Virus record (IMG/VR): IMGVR_UViG_3300046517_000866
Location: 11,593 to 75,592 of that record
Direction: 5' to 3' (one strand)
Origin: a virus
DNA length: 64,000 nt
The position numbers and the translations under genes were made by a program. This document shows, one piece after another, positions 28,247 through 37,395 of this stretch. Under the pieces are notes generated by a model. It did not search any database. It was not told where the DNA came from and worked only from the letters and a program-made list of their open reading frames with translations. Position 1 is the stretch's first letter; every line of letters begins with the position of its first letter.

Positions 28247-30725
28247 TACCCTTTGGCAATACTAACGGACCCATAACAACAGTGGCCTCGTTATTTACCG
28301 GACCTCCGTCAACTGCTTTTAGTTCTAGGTAGTATTGACCATATGCAGAGTGGGCGGCAACTGCTGCTGCCTCTTGCTGTGCCTGCATCTCTTCTAGGCG
28401 GGTCAGCGTATCGTCTAGATTTGGGTCCGCTCCGGGAGCGCTCGCACGCGCTTTAATGAAAATATCTTCAAGCGTATTAAATAGTGTTTGTTCGCCATCG
28501 AGATTTAGACTCGAATGCACAACTACGGAGCTTGGTTCTATTCCCCCCGTTGTTGTAGCGACGGGGAACGTCGTGTCGTCAGCAGAAAGTGTTACGGTTG
28601 GAACAGAGTATGTCGTGTTTCCAGCAACGTTTGGAACGGCTGCACCGACAGTGGTGCGATATCCACTGACGTAACCATTGACGTAGGTTGGAGTTCCGGG
28701 CGAAGTCACAACGGCATTTCCATACCCAATGCAACACGCGATAGTAACCTCACAAGTCAGTTTGCCTGTATCACCATCGGCTGTGGCTTTGAGTTCAACA
28801 ATCTTTCCAGTCGCAACTCCGCCAGGAATATGGCGGTTGTGTATTGTTGCACTCATTCTCAAAGTGAGGCCCAAGAACTGCTCAAAGAAGACTTCAGTCT
28901 TAACTAGCACAGCTCTGGATCGGGCGATTAGGTGTTTACTGGCGACTAGCGTGAGATACTCAAACGCTGTCACCCCGGCTGAAGTATTAAAGAACGTGTT
29001 TGATGCGATGTTAGAAAGTGCGGCCCCCGTATTTGCAGTATTGGCAACAACTCCCAAACTAACCCAAATCACGCCGCCATCAGTCGTAAAATCACCAAAC
29101 GTAGAACTGAACGCTGGCACAAAAGGTTTACCATTGACGACGTTGGGCCCCGAAACTCCCGCTTGAATGCACAACTGCTTCGTGGTAACGACAGAGGTGA
29201 CGCCAGTTTGGGATGTTGCCGTTTCCTTTAGGGCATAGACGACACGACCTAATTTATACGCTGTGTTACCCTGCCACGCTGCATTCTGATAGTATGGATA
29301 AGGAGTTGGGCCAATACAAGCCCACTTGACGCCCGTAGTTTCGTCAGTTTCAACGCCGATCACATTGGAAAATGTGGGTATAGTTGTTGATGTGGTTCCA
29401 GGATGGATACAGATTTGGTAACTCAAGTCTGGAGCTCTAATCAGCGTGCCGTACTCAACAGCCGCTGCCTGGTAGGCCGTCCAGTCTTGGATGACAGCCG
29501 TCGGTCCCGTTCCTGTCAACGGTGCCGACGCATCTTGTGACGTGAATGTCAAAATTTCAAAGTCTTGTGGTAATGAACTGTCCTGTGGACCACTAGGTGA
29601 CGGCAAGTCCACCATCAGCGGCTGCATTTGGGCCGTCAACCGTGTCCGCAAATGCTCGGATCGTTTGCGATTAACGTTGAACTCTAACTCTAAAAAGAGT
29701 TTAAGCCAATACTCGACAATCCAAACCTTTGTCGTTTTAGAACTGGCATTCGGCTGGTCCACAAGATCAGGATTGTTGGGATATAGTCTAGCAAAAACCT
29801 GTTCCGTACTTGTCACATACGGTCCCAAAACAGGACTGCTGACAACTGGATGTGTAGTTGAAACACGGGACGAAATAACGCTACCCTCAGCATGAAACTT
29901 GGAGGTATCCTTAAACTGCCAAGATACAGTTACCGTATGGGCTTGCGAGGAACCCCAATAATCAACAGCCGCTGCATTCTTGACGGACCATCCACCCCCG
30001 ATCCCTGCTCCCGGCTTAGGCCACCCAGTAAGCAAGGAGTCTGTATATAAGGGACCAACTAACTGCCCATCAAAAAGTGTCATAGTGCCTGAAGCAGATT
30101 GCGTCCAATTTGTTGTCGCATCAATGATGACGGTTGTCAGCGGTACTTGACCGAGTTGAATGTCCACAGAGTCTTCAAAACAATCGGACTCTTGAAAAGT
30201 TACAGTTCCATCCTCACCAGTCAGCAAGTTCGAACTGCTGACGTGTAGCGTGAGCGGATTGACGTACATTGCTACAGGATACGCGTCTAAAATAGTGTCT
30301 GGATCATCCTGGTGCGCTGGATCGATCCACAGTGGATTATAGTATGGAGGAACTTTAAGTGTTTCGACGTAGACCTGCTTTTTGCCAGCGAAACCTAGAG
30401 GCTTCGCAACATAAACGACAGTCACGATTTCCTGGATCAGGTTACCGGGCAGACCCACGATCCGACCAAACATGAACGGTTGGACGTGCCCGTTGTCCTT
30501 ACGCCGCCACGAAAACCACGCCCATATCAACACACCGGGTGCAAGTAAACCACGCCGCGGGTTTTCGATGTTGAGCGTAATCTGCATTGCATCCCCTTCG
30601 GACCAATCGATTTCGAAGGAGTATATGCGAAAATCCTTGCGGATCATTTCGTCAGTGAACGTTGTCTCCCAAGGGTTGACAAGGGCCACGTATAATGGAC
30701 CAACGAAATCTGTAAACAGACCCAT
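28218..30725 (-). CDS. Tail tip / hub protein
   Basis: 835 aa, two genes after the tape measure; twice-repeated CI..G....P.FS...G..TD..V.W..G module. Confidence 0.6.
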   Translation of the reverse strand: MGLFTDFVGPLYVALVNPWETTFTDEMIRKDFRIYSFEIDWSEGDAMQITLNIENPRRGLLAPGVLIWAWFSWRRKDNGHVQPFMFGRIVGLPGNLIQEIVTVVYVAKPLGFAGKKQVYVETLKVPPYYNPLWIDPAHQDDPDTILDAYPVAMYVNPLTLHVSSSNLLTGEDGTVTFQESDCFEDSVDIQLGQVPLTTVIIDATTNWTQSASGTMTLFDGQLVGPLYTDSLLTGWPKPGAGIGGGWSVKNAAAVDYWGSSQAHTVTVSWQFKDTSKFHAEGSVISSRVSTTHPVVSSPVLGPYVTSTEQVFARLYPNNPDLVDQPNASSKTTKVWIVEYWLKLFLELEFNVNRKRSEHLRTRLTAQMQPLMVDLPSPSGPQDSSLPQDFEILTFTSQDASAPLTGTGPTAVIQDWTAYQAAAVEYGTLIRAPDLSYQICIHPGTTSTTIPTFSNVIGVETDETTGVKWACIGPTPYPYYQNAAWQGNTAYKLGRVVYALKETATSQTGVTSVVTTKQLCIQAGVSGPNVVNGKPFVPAFSSTFGDFTTDGGVIWVSLGVVANTANTGAALSNIASNTFFNTSAGVTAFEYLTLVASKHLIARSRAVLVKTEVFFEQFLGLTLRMSATIHNRHIPGGVATGKIVELKATADGDTGKLTCEVTIACCIGYGNAVVTSPGTPTYVNGYVSGYRTTVGAAVPNVAGNTTYSVPTVTLSADDTTFPVATTTGGIEPSSVVVHSSLNLDGEQTLFNTLEDIFIKARASAPGADPNLDDTLTRLEEMQAQQEAAAVAAHSAYGQYYLELKAVDGGPVNNEATVVMGPLVLPKGIDLEAPSNG

Positions 30726-30728
30726 GGT

Positions 30729-31169
30729 TTACTGCTCCTCGAAATCTATTTGCCAGGGCTGATCGGCTGTCCACTCATCAAGATTGTCACTCCAATCAAC
30801 GATCAAGCAGTACAAAATAGGGAGGTAACGGATGAACCCAGGATCATCATTGTTTTCCGAACCGCAGACGACCTGTCTTGCTGGTGACCCACCCACAGGG
30901 TATGAAAAATATTTGGGTAACCATAACACAACGGGGTCTCCGGGAAACACACCATCAAGTGCCGGTGGTTGCTGATCCTTGGAGGAAATCGATATCGCGT
31001 ACTTACGGAATTGAGCGTAGGAAGTATTCCGTAACTCTCCATCAACAGTTCGCCGTAAGTTTTTTGATGCCTGTATTGGTTTGAGAGCAATAGTCAATCC
31101 TCGCGCGGAGTACAATGGTATACCCACACCATCCATGACCAGCATTGTACCAGTGTCAGGAAGGGTCAT
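30729..31169 (-). CDS. Distal tail (Dit-like) protein
   Basis: Follows the tape measure; RRTVDG.L motif and W.IDFEE C-terminus. Confidence 0.6.
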   Translation of the reverse strand: MTLPDTGTMLVMDGVGIPLYSARGLTIALKPIQASKNLRRTVDGELRNTSYAQFRKYAISISSKDQQPPALDGVFPGDPVVLWLPKYFSYPVGGSPARQVVCGSENNDDPGFIRYLPILYCLIVDWSDNLDEWTADQPWQIDFEEQ

Positions 31170-34100
31170 CGAATTGCACTCCCCTTGCGACCAAGTGAGG
31201 CCGTCTGCTTCTTAATGGCATATTTCGACATTTGCGAGAATGCATCATTGGTCATCGTGATGCCCGGAATTTTGTTACCGTCCAGAATGAACACGGCAGG
31301 GCGCTCACCCGATGCCTTGCCACCCGAGGCCAATCGTGCAGGTGCCTGACTATTCATGGCTCCAGCCAATCCACCGACAGCAAATGAACTGAAGTCAACT
31401 GTTGGCATAGGTGACGCAATCGCACGTGCGATCGATCCACCTCCGGCAAACCCACCCTGTGCCATCTTGACGACCTGATTGATCGTCTTGACAGTGTTTG
31501 CCACGTGCCTAACAAGGCCCCCGCTTTTGAAAGCGCTGACTAAATTAACTGTCGGTACTGACCCATCATAATGATACTTGGGAGTTCCGCCCAGCTCGTG
31601 ATGTTTTTGATGATGGTAAATGTTTGTCGTGTCGCCAGCAGAACCCCCAGACGCCAATCGTGCGACGGCCTCATACCCGTTATGGATCACGTTACTGATG
31701 TGGTTTGCTGTTGTCGCAGCCCCACCGGCAGCCAAGCGAATGACGTTTGTCACGCCTTGTACCAAACCACCCAAATTGAACTTACCCTCATTAACTGCAT
31801 GCATGAAGGGTTGTCCGTATTTTTCAACGGACTTTGTTTGCATGACAAACTCACCATGAGACAGCTTCGCATCAATGCTATCGCTGGTCGAGTGCCCGGC
31901 ACCCCAAACGGGACCACCCGCTGCTTTTCCTGCAACAGGCGACGGTCCGTCATCACTTGACGAGTCAGGAGCACTTGAAGACGTGCCACTGTCACCAGAC
32001 TTCTTGTCCAAAGCGTCTAGGAAATCTTTCAGCTTACCGGTGACGCTATCGAGTGTATCACCAAGCCCTGTCCACTTACCATCAAGCCCGAGAAGAGCTT
32101 CAGTCGTCACACCAGCTTGTGTGCCCAAGCTTTCAACAGAGGTATCGGCAGTATCTGTAGTTGTCTTGAGGCTTGTCTCAGCCGTGGCTACATCAGTACT
32201 GGCTTTTGAAAATGCAGTGTCAGTGGTATTTAGATCAGTACCAGTCTTTTCAAGTTCAGGATTAACCTTCTTTAAGCCGGCCGAAAACTCTTCAAGTGAA
32301 GCATTCGCCTCAGTTTTCTTATCGGATGACGTTGGAGTGGGAGGGGGCTGGAAAAAAGGATTGTTTTTGATAAGTCCGGGACCACCCGTAACAACATCCC
32401 CTTGTGCGTTTGGGTTATCAAAGAACGGGTTAGTTCTGATAGTCCCTTTATCCTTACTGAACTCTGAACCCTTTAACTTGTCTGTCGCACCCTTGATTTT
32501 TTCTGCTGCATCATGTGTTGCCGCAGCCAACTCATGGGTTCCAGTGACAGCACTTTTTATAGAAGCCTCATGGTCAGCTACTAATGCCTTCAACTGCTCA
32601 GTCACGGACTTATCTGCTGCCGGTGCACTGCCGGGCCGCGATTTTGGAAGTGGGACTTTTTCACCATCCTCGTCTGGATTTGCAGGACCAGCAGAACCCA
32701 ACGGTTTTGGTGCCGTCTTGTTTGACAGTAACTGCATACCTTTGATAATTGCCGTAACCAACGCAGCAGCAATGGCAAGACCTACTACTCCAATAGCTGC
32801 CTCCGCAAGACCAGGAAGACCAACTAGCGCGGTAACAAATGCTGTTGCTAAACCAATTGCCATGCGCGTGCCGATAAGGGCAATGCCGGCTAACAGGGCG
32901 GTGCCCAAACCAGCGAGGATCACGTCAGCAGCAGACGTACCTAAGGTCTCCGCCATGTAGTTACGGAGTTCCAAGACTTTCGCCTTGATCTTCTCAAATG
33001 CCGCTGTTGCAACTTCAACTATTTTATCCCAGAACAAGTAGATACCGGCGCCGATCACAAACGCAGCAGTGATCCACCCTGGAACTAATAGCAGCAGTGA
33101 GCCTAGTAATCCTAACGCGCCTGTCATTCTGCCAAGCGCGTACAGGAACACAACGTCCATCTTGGACAAGTTTGTGCCAAAAGCGTCATTGATGGTATTT
33201 TTGATTTTGTCTATGAACCCAATCAATAACTCGAACGCAGGAATAACAATACCCTTGATAGTACTTCCCAAGGAGTTTAGTAACTCAACTACTGTCCTTA
33301 CCCATGGTGTTTGAACTTGCTGACCAGCAAGCAGCCTGAGAAGATCACCTATGACTGGTTTAACTGAACTTGTGATGAAAGACCCAAGATTACTCAACGC
33401 TTGCTGGATAACTAAAATCCATGTGATTTTTGGTTCCTCACCGGCAAGTAAGCGAAACAAGTCCGTGATGATAGGCTTGACCTGATTAGCGATATCACTG
33501 GCAAATTTCAGTAGTTCAGGATGACTCTTGCGGATCGCTTCATCCAGTATGTTGAAGCCAGCAGTAAAGCCTGGAGCAAACAGGTTACCTATTTGTTCTG
33601 CAGTAACCTTTAGATCGCCCTGCAGTTGGTTCAAGGATTTGTGGAAGTCTTTCGCAATGTGCTCATCGTTTTCCGTCAATGCGAGTCCGGCTTCCTTTTG
33701 TGCTTCACGGAACTCCAGAAAAGCCTTCGATCCGACAGACATTGCCGCAACAAGGTCTTGGCTTACACCACGACCAAACAACTGATGTGCGAGAGCCATC
33801 TTCTTGGTCTCGTCAGTCATATTGTGGAAAATATCCATCAACTTCAAAAAGGCAGGTTCCAGCGCTGGCTCAATGTTTCGTAAGTCAGACGCGTTGCCCT
33901 TGAACTCTTTGAACGAGTTACCGCCGTCAAGCAGGGTTGCTTCGAAACCCTTGACCATATTCTGAACGCTGAAATTAACTCTACTCAAATCCTGCGGAAT
34001 ACCATTCGCCAAATTCTCGACGGCACGCTGCAAGGTAGGTACGGAATTTGCGGCGTCTTCATTCGCCTTCTTTACGGCTTCGGCCGCTTTTTGGACTGCT

Positions 34101-34909
34101 TCTATTTTCTTTTGCTCGGCCTCCCGAATTGCAAGTGCAGCCAACTGCGCGACGTTTGCCGCGTTCTGGTCGTCCTGCTCCTGCTTGCGCCTTGCAACAG
34201 CCTCGGCCTCGATTGCCTGCTTCAAGGCAAGTCGGGCTTCCTTCTCTTTCAGTACTTGCTGTTCCGCAGCAGTCGGTGGATTTCCCTCGATTGCCGCCAG
34301 TGCTTGCTTTGCACGCTCAACACTCAGCACCGCACCTTGAACGGAAAAGGCGTTTGCAACCTGTGTATGCGCCGCTGCTTTTTCTGCATCAGCCGCTTTG
34401 ATGTACGCCTCAGACAACTTGATTGTAGACTGCTCGACCGCTTGGTTTGCATCGATGATCTTATTGTGATCATCAACCATTTTATCCGAAGCGTCACGCG
34501 ACGCTCTTGCAACGTTGGGGAAGTCATTCTCCAATCGAACGGCAAAGCGCTTGAACGCCTGCTCAAGGTTGCCGGTAGATGCTCCCAACGCACCAAGCGT
34601 TGTGATCATTGCCGACATGTTTTCGATGGTTGATCCAGTCTGGGTAGCAAGGTGCTCCATTTCGACTGTGGCCTCGACCGAAGTCTTAGACCACTCGAAC
34701 AGAGCAAGCGTTGTCCCGACAATTGCTACGCCAACGGCAGCAATGGCTTCTGCAAGTCCAGCAAATACTGTATGACTGGCAACTTCTTCCAGTTTCTCGA
34801 AAGCTGCTTTGCCAGCTTCCGCGATACTGTCGAATGCCTTTTCAATATCTTCTTGACCTTCGACTCCAATCGTTTGGACGATTGCAGGTAGGCCACTATC
34901 GCCAGCCAT
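31166..34909 (-). CDS. Tail tape measure protein
   Basis: 1247 aa, Ala-rich helical with hydrophobic segments; C-terminal AAGGPV.G.G..TSDSI.A.LS.GEFV motif. Confidence 0.88.
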   Translation of the reverse strand: MAGDSGLPAIVQTIGVEGQEDIEKAFDSIAEAGKAAFEKLEEVASHTVFAGLAEAIAAVGVAIVGTTLALFEWSKTSVEATVEMEHLATQTGSTIENMSAMITTLGALGASTGNLEQAFKRFAVRLENDFPNVARASRDASDKMVDDHNKIIDANQAVEQSTIKLSEAYIKAADAEKAAAHTQVANAFSVQGAVLSVERAKQALAAIEGNPPTAAEQQVLKEKEARLALKQAIEAEAVARRKQEQDDQNAANVAQLAALAIREAEQKKIEAVQKAAEAVKKANEDAANSVPTLQRAVENLANGIPQDLSRVNFSVQNMVKGFEATLLDGGNSFKEFKGNASDLRNIEPALEPAFLKLMDIFHNMTDETKKMALAHQLFGRGVSQDLVAAMSVGSKAFLEFREAQKEAGLALTENDEHIAKDFHKSLNQLQGDLKVTAEQIGNLFAPGFTAGFNILDEAIRKSHPELLKFASDIANQVKPIITDLFRLLAGEEPKITWILVIQQALSNLGSFITSSVKPVIGDLLRLLAGQQVQTPWVRTVVELLNSLGSTIKGIVIPAFELLIGFIDKIKNTINDAFGTNLSKMDVVFLYALGRMTGALGLLGSLLLLVPGWITAAFVIGAGIYLFWDKIVEVATAAFEKIKAKVLELRNYMAETLGTSAADVILAGLGTALLAGIALIGTRMAIGLATAFVTALVGLPGLAEAAIGVVGLAIAAALVTAIIKGMQLLSNKTAPKPLGSAGPANPDEDGEKVPLPKSRPGSAPAADKSVTEQLKALVADHEASIKSAVTGTHELAAATHDAAEKIKGATDKLKGSEFSKDKGTIRTNPFFDNPNAQGDVVTGGPGLIKNNPFFQPPPTPTSSDKKTEANASLEEFSAGLKKVNPELEKTGTDLNTTDTAFSKASTDVATAETSLKTTTDTADTSVESLGTQAGVTTEALLGLDGKWTGLGDTLDSVTGKLKDFLDALDKKSGDSGTSSSAPDSSSDDGPSPVAGKAAGGPVWGAGHSTSDSIDAKLSHGEFVMQTKSVEKYGQPFMHAVNEGKFNLGGLVQGVTNVIRLAAGGAATTANHISNVIHNGYEAVARLASGGSAGDTTNIYHHQKHHELGGTPKYHYDGSVPTVNLVSAFKSGGLVRHVANTVKTINQVVKMAQGGFAGGGSIARAIASPMPTVDFSSFAVGGLAGAMNSQAPARLASGGKASGERPAVFILDGNKIPGITMTNDAFSQMSKYAIKKQTASLGRKGSAIR

Positions 34910-34914
34910 GGACT

Positions 34915-35487
34915 TTATCCTTTCGGTAAGTTCTTGCTGTACTGCGAACGGAAACTACGCATTTCCCTTTCAATGATATCACGTAAGTGAAATCGTTTCT
35001 TCAATGTGACTTCTTCGATCAGGAAGTATTTAGGTTTGCCGTCATCCTTGGAAATCAGCAAAGGTGCAGCGCCGGGCTCTTTCCGATTGAACACCGAAAC
35101 AAGACCTCCGGGATAATCCCTGGCAAGTACACCCTTTGGCACGTTCGCGAACGACAACGGGATTGCCAGCCATGGGTTACCATGTATGGTTTTGCCCGTT
35201 TCGAACACGCTGGCGTAGGGAACGTCATGTGAGACGGTGATAGTACAGTTAATTAACGCGCCGGACTTGGGGCTCACATCGACATGCAAGCCTTGCGTCC
35301 AGCGCGATCCAAAGTTCCCACCAGCAGCAATATCGGCTTTTCCCTTTTCCAGGATTGCCGCGGCAACGTCACGAGCAGCCCCCGTCACTGCAATTGCCAT
35401 GCGAGACAAGTTCTTGGTACTTGCCGCATGCCATTTCGGACCGGCGGGTTGTCCCTTGAACAAGAATTTGACTCGAACGCTGCTCAT
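34915..35487 (-). CDS. Tail completion / neck protein (HK97 gp10-like)
   Basis: Basic protein with VPYASVFETG.TI and LAIP motifs. Confidence 0.6.
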   Translation of the reverse strand: MSSVRVKFLFKGQPAGPKWHAASTKNLSRMAIAVTGAARDVAAAILEKGKADIAAGGNFGSRWTQGLHVDVSPKSGALINCTITVSHDVPYASVFETGKTIHGNPWLAIPLSFANVPKGVLARDYPGGLVSVFNRKEPGAAPLLISKDDGKPKYFLIEEVTLKKRFHLRDIIEREMRSFRSQYSKNLPKG

Positions 35488-35632
35488 GTTTCCTTATCCC
35501 AAGCCTCAATTTGCTTGTCGATTGCCTCGACGTTACCCGAGGTACCCAGATTTGTCGCTGAGACAATTTCTGATAGTTCAACAAGCCTACGTCGGCTTTT
35601 CAGGAACAGATATGCAGCAATCTGCTTTGGGG

Positions 35633-36148
35633 TCAGGTCCCAGACTCTTGGATTGGTGGCTCCACCGAGGGCTTCGATCCCCGTGGCGAGTTCATAACCC
35701 GCGCCTTTCCAGACGCGACGGAGCCGGGATCGGACAACTCCTGGATTTTCTTGACGAAAGGGCCGTAGCCACTTGGGAACGTGACCTCTCCAATCTTCAA
35801 GATAAAATCAACTTGCAACTCAATCCCCAATAGTTCAGCCGACCTGACGTACCTCGGATCGATATCAAATATACTAGTCTCGATCCCATTCTGTTCCTCG
35901 ATTGTGACTTTTAGTCCGCCAGTTCCACAGGCGATGACTTCTGCAACAGCATCGGGTGCCAGTTTGACGATATCACCCATGCTCAACTTTCCTGCGGCGA
36001 TCGTCTGAATGAGTTGTGGGTAACGGTTCATCAAAAACGCGACAGCTTTTGACGGGATACCGAAGACTTCAACGTCAGAGTCCCCGACAGTCAAGAAAGC
36101 CTTTTGCGGCAGGAGATCCAATATACCAATTTGACGTTTCGAGGCCAT
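35633..36148 (-). CDS. Tail assembly chaperone (gpG-like); a -1 frameshift would give a gpGT-like product ending at 35484
   Basis: Follows the tail tube; slippery C-CCT-TTC at 35762-35756; the -1 frame stays open to a TGA overlapping the next ATG. Confidence 0.75.
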   Translation of the reverse strand: MASKRQIGILDLLPQKAFLTVGDSDVEVFGIPSKAVAFLMNRYPQLIQTIAAGKLSMGDIVKLAPDAVAEVIACGTGGLKVTIEEQNGIETSIFDIDPRYVRSAELLGIELQVDFILKIGEVTFPSGYGPFVKKIQELSDPGSVASGKARVMNSPRGSKPSVEPPIQESGT

Positions 36149-36204
36149 TTGCCTTGCGCCTTTCCAGTGTGTTGCAGGAATGCAGCACCCCCGACAGCGG
36201 GACC

Positions 36205-36300
36205 GCTGAAATTCCTTCGATAGGGCGTGCTGGGGTGGTTTTTATGAGGGGAGCGCTACACATGCAGCGCCCCCATCGAAGACAAGCCCACAGGGGGCCG
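36205..36300. repeat. Dispersed ~100-bp dyad element, copy 3
   Basis: AAATTCCTTCGATAG flank; core GGAGCGCTA-cacatg-CAGCGCCCC at 36250-36273. Confidence 0.85.
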
Positions 36301-36344
36301 TAGGAAGGATTGTAAGGAACGATCCGAACAATCCTCGATTGTTT

Positions 36345-36893
36345 TTACGGCGACTCGGACAGGGTCGCCGTGACGGACCCGAAAAAGCCTGTTGTCGGAT
36401 CAGCAAGAACGTCGGCTTCCAGTTCCATGTCACCCCACTTCGAGTTGCCGATCAAGGAAACGGCCTTTGATGGTGTGATACGGCATTTCGGGAAGATCGC
36501 AGTCCAACGCGGACCAACGTCATTTTGACCGACGAACTTGATTGCCGCCTCGATGATCGACGCCGAGAAGATATCGACCGTGATCGATCCAGGCGGGGAG
36601 TCAATGATCGGAATGCCCATAAACGCCATACCAACGTTGCGTCCGGTGAACTCTTCGAGTACCATCGTCAACGTTGCGTCCTTTTGGACAATCGCGATCG
36701 CATCACGAACTTTCACGCCAGTCCGTGAACTGTAGTGGTCAAGCCTTGTCGGCTTGCACAGGAACTCGAACGTCGGTGCGTTACCGCAGTCAACATAATC
36801 GAGGTCGCCAGTCAGCTTGACCGAAACGATGCCCGTGCCAATGTAGTAGTTGTTGGTGTTGGGCGAATTGACTGAACCGAGAATGATAGGCAT
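36345..36893 (-). CDS. Major tail tube protein
   Basis: NYYIGTG...DCGNAP.FE.....LDHYSSRTG pattern; lies between the terminator and chaperone genes. Confidence 0.75.
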   Translation of the reverse strand: MPIILGSVNSPNTNNYYIGTGIVSVKLTGDLDYVDCGNAPTFEFLCKPTRLDHYSSRTGVKVRDAIAIVQKDATLTMVLEEFTGRNVGMAFMGIPIIDSPPGSITVDIFSASIIEAAIKFVGQNDVGPRWTAIFPKCRITPSKAVSLIGNSKWGDMELEADVLADPTTGFFGSVTATLSESP

Positions 36894-36907
36894 TTCTTTG
36901 TCCTTTC

Positions 36908-37387
36908 TTAGAGTTTGAACTCGGCAGGTATGAGGGGATATCGCGCAAACAGTTTGATACCCAACTTACCTTCCATGGTGAGGCCCTCGGCCATATCAGT
37001 CATCATCGACTCATATCGAAGTAACCCGCCGCCTCGCGCATTGACGATTACCTCAAGCTGACTGTCGTTGAGTATACCATCGAGAATAGCAATTCGGAAC
37101 GTGTTTAGGTCCCGACCCACATTCTCATTCAGCGGCTTGCGCCCTTCGAGCACAACCCAGACTTCTGTAATCATGTTCACTAGACACGGTGATCTCGACA
37201 CGCGACCTGGTGTTATCTGGGCTTCCGGCTCTACAACCTCATGCCCGTCAAGTAGGATGATGCAGGGACGCTTGTCATCCGGGACCTCGCCACGGTTACG
37301 GAAGTAGGACGGCATGAACCCTGGAACTACAAGACCACTCAGAATGGCCTCATAACGATCAAGAATGCCTGTACGACGATCAACCAT
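36908..37387 (-). CDS. Tail terminator-like protein
   Basis: Size and position; R..ILD...PCIILLDG.E pattern. Confidence 0.55.
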   Translation of the reverse strand: MVDRRTGILDRYEAILSGLVVPGFMPSYFRNRGEVPDDKRPCIILLDGHEVVEPEAQITPGRVSRSPCLVNMITEVWVVLEGRKPLNENVGRDLNTFRIAILDGILNDSQLEVIVNARGGGLLRYESMMTDMAEGLTMEGKLGIKLFARYPLIPAEFKL

Positions 37388-37395
37388 TTTAGCTC

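Noticed and set aside
31875-32960. 361-aa + strand ORF
   Set aside because: Antisense to the tape measure gene, with no motifs
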